Shown here: in pieces, positions 1 through 11,679 of the stretch
Layout of the letters: each line of letters opens with the position of its first letter
How positions within the stretch are numbered: the first letter of the stretch is position 1
Assembly: GCA_023213395.1 (NCBI GenBank)
Contig: CM041465.1
Location: 44,771,741 to 44,835,740, forward strand
Source of the DNA: Cycas panzhihuaensis
Lineage: Eukaryota > Plantae > Cycadophyta
DNA: 64,000 nucleotides
Reading direction: 5' to 3'
The notes under the pieces: generated by a model
The model's database searches: none
Seen by the model: only the letters and a program-made list of their open reading frames with translations
Told to the model about the DNA's origin: nothing
Position numbers and translations under genes: made by a program

Positions 1-906
1 GTGATCTTGCCTCTGGCAATGATGAACAATGTATTGATGGAACTCTCTATAGATAGTTAATTGGCAGTCTCATATATCTCACAACGACTAGACCTTACAT
101 CTCTTATGCAGTAAGTCTAGTCTCAAGATATATGTAGGATCCTAGGATCAGACATTGGAAAGCGGCAAAAAGAATTGTCAGATATCTATGGAGGTCAATA
201 AACTTAAAACTCATGCATCCAAACTGAAAAAAGTTAAGTTAATAGGATATTGTGACTCTGATTGGGCTAGAGACAGAAAAAGGGAACTCAACAAGTGGAT
301 ATTGCCTCTTCCTCGGAACCGCAACAATCTCCTAGAGCAGCAAGAGATAGGCTACTGTTGCTCTTTCGTTAACCGAAGTAGAATATAAGTTAGTTGCTAG
401 TGCTACTTGTGAAGTAGTTTGGTTCAGACAACTCCTATTAGACTTGGATCAGCCACAAAAGGAGCGAACAACTCTCTTTTGTGACAACCAAAGTGCAATC
501 GAGCTAACCAAGAACCCAATTTTGCATGATTGGACAAAACATATAGAAGTTCGTCATCTTTTTATAAGAGAGAATGTTCAAAATAAAGAAGTTGATTTAA
601 TCTACTGTCCAACAAATGAACAAGTCACAGATGTATTGACAAAACCTCTCAACAACGACAGATTCTTGGTTCTCAGAGACAAATTGGGACTGAAGGGATG
701 AAACATTAAGAGAGGGTGTTAGGATATAATGTTTCATCTGGCTAACGTAACCTCGAGGGTCTTGTTCCCTCTTCTTGTATCTTTGGACGTGTGTGACACG
801 TGTCATCTATACAAAAGTTGGTTACAATATATAACTTGTATATATATGTACTGAATCTACGATAATAAACATCGACCATTCTGATATTTCATTAGATTGT
901 TCTACA
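1..906 (+). mobile_element. 3' end of degenerate Ty1/copia element (RT C-terminus, RNase H, PPT, ~190-bp 3' LTR 717-906) inside RhoGAP intron
   Basis: Motifs GYCDSDWA and CDNQSAI..KNPILH..TKHIEVRHLFIRE; stop at 701; PPT AAGAGAGGG 708-716; TGTTAG...CTACA LTR with AATAAA. LTR end not confirmed by a second copy. Confidence 0.88.
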
Positions 907-1460
907 TAGAAAAAGATTTCACTATCATACCTAGGGAAGAAAGATTTTCCAATCATGTCCAAACTAGACAAGGTGTAATCTCTGGATGTACTTTTGATCT
1001 AAGTGGATTAGGGACTTGTACAAATTTTAAAGAATTGGAATATCATCTGCCCAGTGCAAAAGATGAAATATACCTTCTATGAGAGGAGAAATAATGCAAG
1101 GTTTGGACTTTGTACTCTTCACCCCAATAACTAGGAGATAGATTTTTGCCTTTCATCATGTATCTAGCCATCTCCACTATGGTTTTGGTTTTCCTTTCTG
1201 CTACACCATTTTATTGTGATATATAAATAATGGTAAACTGTCTCATGATACCTGTCTGCTTACAAAACTCCATAAACTTTTTGGACTTGTACTCTCCACC
1301 ACTTTCACTTCTCAAGATTTTGATTTTCAATATTGAAAAATAACTTTGTTTAGCCTTGAACTGCTTGAACGTATAAGAAGCTTGGTACTTGTACTTTACG
1401 AGGAATATCCATATCTTCTTAGTGAAGTCATTAATGAAGGTCATGAAGTAATAAGCACCC
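907..1460 (-). pseudogene. Copia integrase fragment, truncated and interrupted by the preceding element
   Basis: YFMTFINDFTKKIW, KIKILRSESGGEY, *NGVAERK on minus strand. Confidence 0.85.
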
Positions 1461-3605
1461 GACCTAATTGCTGGTCCTGATGTGATTATCCCAAGGCTAA
1501 AGCAACACCTTGTTATGAGTGACACTTATTGTTTCCTTCTTGCCTTACACATGGCATTTCTCATAGCTTGCTCATAACAGATTGTGTATCATGAAATGCT
1601 CAGACAAGATTGCCATAATAAAATGTCCATGCAGAGATTGTGGATTGGACAGCAGACACAAATTGTTCATAATCCATAATGATATTAGACTGCTACTTTA
1701 GTACATAATATTGTAATGCAGATTGCAGTGTCCACATTTGCTTGGCTCTTACATAAGGAGTGCGACCCCAGATATGCTGTTCCATATACAGGTCATTGCT
1801 ACCTTGTATACAACTCACTCGGCTCTCTTCCAAGGATTGAAGCTCACTAGAATGCACTGCAATATATTTTTAGTACACACACAGAAATGGATGGGAGAAG
1901 GCCCTATTTAAACCTATCCAAGAGGTGCAAAATATTAAATGATGTCATCTCTTGGCATAATTTATGACTTAATACATAATAATATATTAAACACAAGTTT
2001 TTAATTTTAAAATAAGTTAACAGATCCATTGTGTTTTAACTTTCTGGATTTTCCCTATATTGTCATTTGACAGGTTGTCTTGTTGCACTCTCTTGGGATT
2101 TCCTGACCCCATCAATCCTGTCACTGTTGTATGACTGTTTTACTGCCATCTTTTTCCCACAGTTTTACCATCATTTTACTGCCAGAATGTCTCACTGGAT
2201 TGCCGCATTGGCTTGCTGTCCAGTTTTCACTCAGGCTATTGTGACTATTAATTTGGTGTTCATTCACAATACCATGCATTTTATGTAAAGCCAGTGTTTA
2301 GCGGTGAAGAGCTTGCATCTTATTCTATTTGTACTTTTTCTTCATTTACATCTATGAGTAATGTTTAATAATCAGTATCTACCACTGTTTTATGTCTCTT
2401 GTTTTTGTTTCTATTCAACTACACAAACTCATCAATGCTTAGATAGATTGCCATAAAATAGATGATGGCCCTGTCATGTCTGAGGCTGAAAGCAGGTGAC
2501 ATGCATAAGATGGGAATTTGAGTTGTATTTTACTTACATTAAAGAATGAAAAATGTAGGAGGGGGACAACAGCAAATTACCTATTCGAAAGATTGACAAT
2601 CAAACGAAGAAAAGCCATCATAGCAACAAAGAGCCATGGTTATTTTGTAATTGTGCTCATAGGGGTCCTCAGTGGACTTTGCTGATGCACCGAGACTCTG
2701 GTCCTCCCATCACTAAAATAAATAAATAAATAAAAATTTGAATACAATAAAAGGATACTTTGCCATGTGGCAATATGATAGATAGGTTTTCAGTTTTTCA
2801 ATCTAGGGTTCAGTTAGTTATGGTTTCAGTTTTGCAGTTCGCTCGAATCTGTCTATATCATTCCAGGCCAGCAGAGAGAAAGATATACCTAATGGACTAC
2901 ATATTAAGTGTTAATCTGCGAAATGTGATTATAAATAGGCTTATGATTGTTGTTAATGTAATCAGCCATGCAGTGTGCCAAAATTGCTCTTGCAGATGGC
3001 CATTGATTCCTTTCTCTACAACTTCAAAATCGCAGGTATTGCCAGGGCTGCCATTACTCGGTAGATGATGTATCTAGCAGAATTACCACACGTCACCAGC
3101 TTAAAGAATCTGGAACCCGTTGCTACCTTTGAATACTATGGGGAAGATGATATTTTTGTGACTGATAGTTGGGGATACGAATATATTGTTCATAAGACCT
3201 GTCTTCGTTCCACCCAAGGAACTCGCTTGATACCAAGCTGAGTCCCCTTAAGCTCTTACTTTTCCGATTTCACACAACGGTACCTATCGGCACAGACAGA
3301 CAATTAATGTCTGTCACTGGCATAGAAAATTGTGCAAGATGATGGCAGGCATTCGTGTAGAAGAGTGGCAACAATAAAAACGAACACAAGATATTAAAAC
3401 ATACTAAAGAATGCATTTGAAATCTATTCTGTTTTTTATACGGTTTAGTGTTTTTGACTCTTATCACAAACTAGAGTGTAGTTTTTTCAAGTATTTCTCT
3501 TAAAGAATTTCAGGAAAAAATTGACTGGGATTTTTTTCTCTTTTCTGAAAATACTTATGGGCCTCTGTTTGACTATGTTATAAATTCTTTATGATGCTTT
3601 CTCAG

Positions 3606-3704
3606 TATTTGGAGTGCCAATCGAGACTGTTGTACAGAGACAGCATTGTTTAAGGCCTATTCCTCAAATATTGATAAAATGTGCTGATTACATTGTGCTA
3701 TCAG
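3606..3704 (+). CDS. RhoGAP-domain protein (At5g61530-like), internal exon
   Basis: ttctcag acceptor; VFGVPIETVVQRQHCLRPIPQILIKCADYIVLS (RhoGAP start motif); GC donor AG|GCAAGT. Confidence 0.88.
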
Positions 3705-3806
3705 GCAAGTTTTTTGACCAATATCTCAGCATTAAGATTATATCCATCTTATGGATGTTTTGTTTTCTAAAGTTGTCAAGTGACTTAAACTATAACAAAC
3801 TGGCAG

Positions 3807-3884
3807 GACTCAATTCAGAAAACATATTCAAGTCTGAAGGAGACAGAAGAGTTGTCCAACATCTAGTGTCGTTGTATAATGAAG
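3807..3884 (+). CDS. RhoGAP-domain protein, internal exon
   Basis: ggcag acceptor; GLNSENIFKSEGDRRVVQHLVSLYNE; AAG|GTAATT donor; phase 1 consistent on both sides. Confidence 0.88.
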
Positions 3885-4052
3885 GTAATTGCTTTGAACC
3901 CTTATATTGCTATGGACACATACGAACAAAGAGCTATGAGTACGAGGGCTTAGAGACATACCAAGTTCAACCGGGTAAAGCTGTGTTGAGAAATGATTAG
4001 CACTGCTTTGATAAATTGTTTACATTGGTTGTGAACTTAATGGTTTTTTCAG

Positions 4053-4297
4053 ATTGGAATGCATCCTTGCCAGAAGGTGTGAGCCCTATTGATGTAGCTG
4101 CTTTACTGAAGATTTATCTTCTGAGTCTTCCTGAGCCTATTATTACTTTTGATCTATATGATAATATCAAGGATGCTAGAGGCAATGTGGAGCAACTTAG
4201 GAACATCTTGAAAAAACTTCCAAATGTTAATTATGCAACACTTGAGTTTGTGACTGCTCTTCTTCTCCAAATCAGCCAGAAATCTTCCCTCAACAAG
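4053..4297 (+). CDS. RhoGAP-domain protein, internal exon
   Basis: ttttttcag acceptor; DVAALLKIYLLSLPEPIITFDLY...LPNVNYATLEF...SLNK; AAG|GTGAG donor. Confidence 0.93.
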
Positions 4298-4508
4298 GTG
4301 AGCTGCATATTCATTTTTCTGAAAGAAATTAATGCTATTAGAGATATCCTGCTTCTGCTTAGATTTGCTTTTCCATTTCTATCATAATGAGCTATATGAA
4401 ATTGTATTTGTGAGCCATCTGTCTGTATAAGTGTTAATATATATTTATATAATTTGATTATTTGGAACATAAATCTATTGTGGCATTGGAAATGTTTTAT
4501 CTGTGCAG

Positions 4509-4758
4509 ATGGATGCTCACAACCTTGCAGTTGAACTGGCTCCGACAATAATGTGGCAGAGAGATGGAAGAAAATCCAATTTTCAGGGGCAGCCACCACC
4601 CGTATGGCATGCAGGCAGACTTTTAGGACTGAGGTCCTTATCACAGGATTCTGAAAAAAGTTCAGTTACAAGTTGGACAAGTGGACATACCTTTCCCATG
4701 CAAGATGGTAATACCATTCGTGAGGCAAATAGTTATGATGCTTGGCACTATCTCTCTG
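4509..4758 (+). CDS. RhoGAP-domain protein, penultimate exon
   Basis: gtgcag acceptor; MDAHNLAVELAPTIMW (RhoGAP NKM..NLA..AP motif); G|GTGGGT donor gives the correct phase for the last exon. Confidence 0.88.
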
Positions 4759-4865
4759 GTGGGTAGCAAATTTAATCTGTGACATTTCCTAGGAGGTTGA
4801 ATATTCTGTGGAGAATTCTATAAACAACTAATTATGAAATCTGTGTGGTCATGACAACATTGCAG

Positions 4866-5026
4866 ATGATGGCAACGGAACAAGTGGAGGGTCAGATGCT
4901 TCCTCTCAGATTCCTCTTGATGATGGGGCTCCACCTGTTGATTTTGCTATTGTGGAAGCAGTACAATGTCTAATTGAACAGCACAATGCAGTTTTTACAG
5001 ATGCAAGTGAAACCATCTGGCGATAA
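4866..5026 (+). CDS. RhoGAP-domain protein, last coding exon
   Basis: ttgcag acceptor; DASSQIPLDD..VDFAIVEAVQCLIEQHNAVFTDASETIWR*, resembling the At5g61530 C-terminus as recalled; TAA 5024-5026; absent from ORF track. Confidence 0.88.
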
Positions 5027-5074
5027 TTGGTTAGATAGCGTTAAATCCTCTTTGTATTGAGCTTGTAATTCTAT

Positions 5075-5930
5075 GATTTATATTTTACCACAGATTTTTG
5101 TTTTGAATGTGTTATTTACTGATGTGTTTTTGATAATTCATTGTGATGATCATATTTGATTTGTTGATAGCAATGCACATTACAATGACAGTCGTTTGCA
5201 ATAAAGATTGAGTTTGGAGATATGGGTTTGGATGTTTCTTGTTGCAATATTAGAATTTAAATCCATACAGGAGAGTAACATCTTGATGTGCCTCCCAACA
5301 AAATAATATAAACTAAGAAATCATTGACATGTAGGGAAGTATTTTGGAAAGTAATGCTTCACATACATTCACTATTATTGTGAAGTCACTTAAAAACTGA
5401 TTCTTACTAGAATGCAATGATCTAACCATTTATTCATTTCCTTGCTGATGAAATCAAGATGACATAGCCATTAATGCAGGGTTGTCTATTGGCAATTTAT
5501 GATTTCACTGCAGATTTTCATTTTGAATCTGTCTTGCTTGTAGATAAGTTCTTAGTAACTCACTGTGCTATTCATATTTGTTTTATTAATTGCAATCCAC
5601 ATTATGGTGATACTTGTATGCAATAAATATTGTGAGTCTGGAGAGAGTTTGTGATCTTTACTGTTGAATTATGAGTATTTGAATAGATACATCTAGGTAG
5701 CATCTAGATGCCCCTCATGATTAAATAATATAAACTGAGTCATCATTTACATTCAGTGAAATGTTTTGTAATGTAATGTTTTAAACATACATTCAGTATC
5801 ATTGTGAAGTCAACTGGAACTGATTGCAGCTAGGATCAAATGACCTAACCATTTATTCATCCCTTGGTTTGGTGATGAAAGCAAGATGATCTAACCATTA
5901 ATGCATTATTGTCTGTTCAAGATGAAACTA
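5075..5930. repeat. Diverged ~420-bp tandem duplication in RhoGAP 3' UTR/flank
   Basis: Paired blocks TGCAATAAA, AAATAATATAAACT, ACATACATTCA, ATTGTGAAGTCA, CTAACCATTTATTCAT, CCATTAATGCA each ~420 bp apart. Confidence 0.8.
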
Positions 5931-6632
5931 TCTGATGAAAACTGCTCACTGAAGTATGAGAAATAATATAACACAACCATGGCAAAAAAATCTGGCCATT
6001 TGAGCAAAAACATATGAATATGTGCTATAAATGAGGGTCTGAAAACCAAGACATAATGTGACATTATTAATAGAATGGGCTGTTGTAATGACATTCACTG
6101 TATTGTCAAATTTGAATCTACATTGAATCTATATTCAATGGTTATTGTTATGGATTAAATGAAAATAACCTAGAAGCGGGGGTCCCAAGTAAGCCCGTTG
6201 GCCTGAGGGCTGGTTGGGTTTCTTACCATTGGTGTCTCTCTGTTTTAGTTAGATTTATGAATATTTTTGTTGTGCAGTAAACTGGTGCTGTAATTGTATG
6301 CTGCAAGGTTCCAAATGTGCATTTCTATTAAAATGCATTTGTGTGGAATTTTGTGAATGTTTCTCTGTTGAATAAGTGAAGATGTTCTATTTGTGTTGAA
6401 ACTCTGTTGGCTTTGAGCAGACAATCACATATTAGTCATACATAATGTTGTTTCTTAATATCAGTGTTCTCAAAGAAAATTTGACAAACTGTAATCAGGG
6501 TTCTTCCTACGTTTAATTATGTCTCATTCATAAGCCCAATGTTTTTGATAGTAGGCTTCTTTCAATAATCAATGGGGTAATTTTATCCAACAATATGTAA
6601 AATTATAACAGGGCCACACTCATGGATTATAC

Positions 6633-6862
6633 CGTTAGAATTAATGTTTGCATACGAGTCCAAATTAGGTGAATGCTGAATCAAGGAAACTTTGATAACT
6701 CTTAGGGTTAGTGACAAGTGTCAAGGTGATTATAGGTCAATTTTGGACTGTTACCGATCCCATTTGTATATAAGAATGTAGTGTTTTGTTGTACATATCA
6801 TTGAATCGTTTTGAATGAATGAAAATTATTAGAGGATAGACCAATTCTACCTGAAAATTCGT
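6633..6862 (+). repeat. Solo LTR of copia F family
   Basis: Colinear similarity over ~230 bp to the 3' LTR at 40215-40445; no PBS or PPT flanking; no clear TSD. Confidence 0.75.
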
Positions 6863-7234
6863 GTTAATAATTTGTTTTGGTTCTATTCATTCCCAAATAG
6901 AGACATTGAAAGTCAACAAGCCTAATACATAAGAAATTTATCAGCTGGACGAAGCATGAAGTTGCCCACATGTCAACAGTTGACAAATAGATTTAAGCTC
7001 TAGAGATTCCTTTCATTGTGGGCAAATCCATGGTTGGTGGTGGTTGAACCAAAGTATAAGATGTTGAAGATGAGCTATGCCACAGAAAATTTTAAGCAAA
7101 TATGCCATTGTCATGTCAAATGGGAACACAAAACTCTCCATTGATAAATGGTCACATTGAATGGGAATGAACAAAGAATACCCCAAATGACGCCAATAAA
7201 AATTGAATTGAATTGGTCGAGAATCATGATATAC

Positions 7235-7758
7235 TGTTGTGTTCCTAAGGAACCCTCTCAAGTTATCTGAATAATGCTTGCTATAAGGCCAACTTCATCA
7301 AGGAATGTTAGGAGGAATATCTCATCCTCTGGCCGACTTCTATTGGGTGCAATATTAAGGAGAATAACATCTTGTTAGCTGTCCTTTATTTGAGGGATCT
7401 TGACCACTATAAATAGGGAGTTTGGGCCTCATCCCAAACCAACTTTGGAGACTTCTTGTGGCTGAATATTTTTCGGTCTTGGGACTGCAATTAACTCGTC
7501 CATTTGGGGGCTGTAGTTTGGAGGGTTCCTTGCCTCGAAGAGGGAAGCTCACTTCTAAGGCAAAGATTGGTATTTCTGATGTAATTCGCTCTATTTTGGT
7601 GTTATTTGATAATAAAGATCATTATTTCTTTCTGTGGATTCTGTAATTCCTTTTTCTTGTTAATCTTCTGTTGCATAATATCTAGTTTTTGTATTTTCAG
7701 TGGATTATTATTTGTGTTTTAAGGAAAATTGCTATAAAAATAGAACTAAATCGCTTCA
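7235..7758 (+). repeat. A 5' LTR
   Basis: TG...CA, TATAAAT at 7408, ~90% identical to 32048-32556. Confidence 0.95.
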
Positions 7759-7760
7759 AG

Positions 7761-7772
7761 TGGTATTAGAGC
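7761..7772 (+). promoter_or_regulatory. tRNA-iMet primer binding site of A
   Basis: TGGTATTAGAGC, one mismatch to TGGTATCAGAGC, 2 nt after LTR. Confidence 0.85.
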
Positions 7773-7857
7773 CTCGTTTCAAGGGAAAAGGGCCAAAAAT
7801 TTCCCCTGGGAAGCAAAAACGGAATTGAGATCAAGAAAAAACCTTATTTTTAGGGAG

Positions 7858-10800
7858 ATGGCAACACAGTTTAGAACTTTAGAGGAAAAAATTAATGGTG
7901 TGTCAGAATTAACACAGAGCATAAGGTCTTTAACAATTCTAATCCAAGAGTTATTGACAAAAGCAAATCAAGCAACACATAATGTGTTGGAAGGAGAAAT
8001 AGATAACAACAACGTCTTAGGACTAAAACAAATGGATGCCAAGAACCATCAAGAAAACCAGGGAAAATGAGACCAAGAGATCTAATGGACGGGTTTATGA
8101 AAGGAGAATTCCTAACATGGATAATGGACTGGAAGGGCCAAGACTATCTCTGGAGAAATTCAATCTAGAAGTATCAAAGAATATCACAAATTAGGTCTTA
8201 CAAATGGAGAACTATTTCAGTGTTTATAAATCAACAACCAAGGAAAAGATGGAAATAACTTCCTTACAATTAAACGGCAGGGCGTTAAGATAGTATTATT
8301 GGTGGCAAAATATGAACATACCAATTCAACAGACCTGGGAGAACCTAAGAGTAGGTTTAGTAAAACAATATGACAACTCTTGGAATACAGATTACCTTGT
8401 TCAATTAACACGGTTACATCAATAGGGAATAGTTCAAGAATACACAGAACAATTTCAAACTTTACAATATATGGTCTCAGAAAAAATACCACAAGAATGT
8501 TTATTGGAGACTTATATCAATGGGTTGAAAAATCAGATCAAATTTAGAGTTAAAGCAGCAGACCCACCACAACTCCAAGTAGCAATTCAGATAGCAAGGA
8601 ATGTGGAGGTAGAACTCAGAGATAGCAAGCCAACATATACAAGGAGATATGAACCACCATCATATCATACCCAGAATACTAATTGGACAAGATCGGGAAC
8701 AAAAGTAGACCCTCCATTAGCTATAAAGAATACAAGAGAAAGCTCAGGGACGACAAAAGAGGAGCACTTAAGTAAGGGGACTTGCTTGAAGTGTGGAGGA
8801 AAATGGAATAAGGAGCACTAATGCTCGACAAAAGGGGTTTTCATGATCAATAATAAGGACATAGAAATACCAGAAGAAGCAGAACAAGACCAAAGTGCGG
8901 AAAGTGAACTTCTGGAAGTGGATACAGGGAATGTCAAAATATCATTGCAGGTCATTATAGGTCAATAAGTATCCCTGCAAACCCTAAGATTCTAAGGACA
9001 AATTAAGGGGACACCATTATCAATCTTGGTAGATAGCGGAAGTATGCACAATTTTATAAACAAGGCCTCAACAGAGAAACTGAGATTACAAGTGAAAGCT
9101 CTCAACACATTTCAGGTGTCAATAGCAAATGGGAGAACAACATCGTGTAAAGGATATTGTAAAGACAGAACTCTCCAGATCAACGATTACAAAGTCACAA
9201 CTTGTATGTTTGCTATGCCCATAGGCGGAGTGGATGTAGTTCTAGGGATTCAATGGCTACAAACGTTGGGGAACATCATTACCAACTATAGGACAAGATT
9301 TATGTGTTTTCAACAAAAGGGACGTAAATATTGATTGCAAGCCCTAGCCACACCTCTAGTTTAGCTTGTATCATCACACATGACGGAAAAAATTCCAAAG
9401 AAGAATCCACAAGTGTATATACTATCATGTTACAAAATAGAGATAGAAGACGTTCCTCTAGAGATTCAAGCAGTCCTAGAAGAACATTAGGGAGTTTTTG
9501 AAGAACCCCAAGGATTGCCACTGAAAAGGGAGTATGAGCACACAATAGATCTTATCCTCGGAGTAATACTAGTAAATATTCCTTCATATAGACACCCTTA
9601 TCATCTCTAGAAGGAAATTGAAAAAACTGCAGAAGAATTATTACACCAGGGCATAGTGGCGAAAAGTGAAGTCCATTTGCTTCTCTTGTAGTAGTCAATC
9701 CAAAGAAGGACGAATCTTACAGAATGTGCATGGATTATCGTGGCTTGAATAAATTGACCATAAAGAATCGGTATCCTATCTCAAGGATTGAAGATTTGTT
9801 AGATGAATTACATGGAGTCTAATACTTTTCAAAAATAAATCTACACTTAAGATACTACCAAATAAGAGTCAAAGAAGAAGATATCTACAAAATTGCGTTT
9901 AGAATGCATAAAGGATTGTTTGAATTTAGGGATATGCTTTTCAGCTTAACGAATGCTCCAACTACCTTCTGGAGCACAATGAATTCAATATTAAAACACG
10001 TCATAAAGAAATTCGTGCTAGTTTTCTTTGACGATATTTTGATCTACAACAAAACATGGGAAGGACATTTGGAACATATAAAGGTCGTTTTGATCATATT
10101 AGAGAAAGCACAATTGTTTGCAAATAAAAAAAAGTGTTCTTTTGTAAAAAAGGAGTTAGAGTATCTATTCCACATCATCATGGGCGAAGGAATCAAAATA
10201 GATCTAAAAAAGATCTAGGCAAGTGCAAGTTGGCCAACTTTGAAGAATGTCACAAGAATTAGAAGTTTTTTGGGCGCAATGGAATTCTTGAGAAAGTTCA
10301 TGAAAGGATATGCACACATAGCATCGCCACTAACAGACTTGATAAAAAAGGATGCTTTCAGATGGAACTTAGGTGTAGAAGGAGCGTTTCAAGAATTAAA
10401 ACAAACAATGGTCACAACTCCAGTATTGGCCTTACTGGATTTCACATAATCATTCACGTTGGAGTGTGATGTTTCAGGTCTTGGAATTGGTGCAATTCTG
10501 TTACAAGGAGGGAGGCCTATAACTTACAAAAGTTGGAACCTGAATAATAGGGAGAAAATGAGCCAATATATGACAAAGAGATGTTGGCTATTATGCACGC
10601 AATACACCAATGGCGGCAATATCTATTAGGGAGCAAATTTGTGGTCAGAACTGATCATGACAACATGAATTACTTTTTGAATAAAAAGACATTATTTGAC
10701 TTGCAGGCTTTCAAGTTCACCATAGAATACAAAAAGGGGAAAGAAAACGTGATAGTGGATGCCCTATCTAGACTGCCAGACGAAGGAAAGATTAAAGCTT

Positions 10801-11107
10801 CAGCCAATTCAATGATAATAGCAACTCCAAAATGGACGACAGATTTGGCAAAGGAATATGAAGACGGCAAGATATCATAAGAAAGAAGACAAAAGGTCAA
10901 AGAAGGAAAAGCGGAGCAGTTCACATAACAAGGAGGATTAATCATAAGGAAAGGAAAAATATTTGTTCTAAAAACAAGCAAACTAAAAGAAGTATTACTT
11001 CAAGAAGCTTATTCAACTCCAGTTTCAGGGCATTCAAGAATGGATAAAACCTATAGGAGGCTTTGAAACTCGTTTTATTGGAAAGGGTTGAAAATTGATG
11101 TCCTCTG
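7858..11107 (+). pseudogene. A gag-pol (gag, protease, RT, RNase H, integrase N-terminus), many stops and frameshifts
   Basis: CLKCGGKW..EH knuckle, VDSGSMHNFI, VLVFFDDILIY, MLAIMHAIHQWRQYLLG. Confidence 0.93.
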
Positions 11108-11655
11108 TGTTGAGAATGCCAAAGGCCTATGACATGCAAGATCAAGAAGATAGTTCACACTAGTTCTAGAAAGCATGAGAACATAACTAACAAGGGAAAT
11201 GAAATAAAAGATGAGCAAGATCAAAGTCCAAAGAGCAAGATGATACCAAATTGGGAGGAGATGGAATTAGTCCAATCTCCAAAGGAATACCAGTTAAGTA
11301 GCAAATTAATAGCATAACATTACAACTCCAACTCTACATGTGAGACATGAGAAGAGGTCTCAATATATAGAGAAACTGAAGAGACCTAACAACATTGGAT
11401 GTTTGACAAGTGTCAAACATCCAAGCTACATGCAATGCATGCCTTGCATGTCATGCATGAAGGACATGTGTCCTTTAGGCTCTCAAGTGAGCAAAGATGC
11501 ATGGGGGTCGATTTGACTCTTTAGTGACAATGTTGTGCCACTAGAAAGAATTTGGGTGTGCACTTTGTCACTTAAGTGATAAGTCAACACATAAAGTACA
11601 AATAATGAATGAAAAAATAAAGTATATACTTAATATGTAAACAAAAGGTTTAACA
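11108..11655 (-). repeat. B 3' LTR
   Basis: Pairs with 30334-30871; adjacent PPT. Confidence 0.93.
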
Positions 11656-11679
11656 CCCCTCGTTATTGTTTACAATGTT

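Noticed and set aside
2660-2740. GC-richer stretch ending in (AAAT)n, SINE-like tail
   Set aside because: No A/B boxes or TSD identifiable
3190-3260. Minus-strand GGGGACTCAGCTTGGTATCAAGC resembling a tRNA 5' end or PBS
   Set aside because: No cloverleaf, B-box or adjacent LTR evident
3885-4000. C-terminal part of ORF 3614-4000 (and tail of 4016-4387)
   Set aside because: Intron read-through; splice sites and RhoGAP motifs define the exons
7000-7230. WWW..KILSK resembling hAT dimerisation domain
   Set aside because: Too weak; ERxFS/WS motif absent
7422-7646. ORF repeated at 32235-32498, looking like a duplicated gene
   Set aside because: Both lie in the paired LTRs of A
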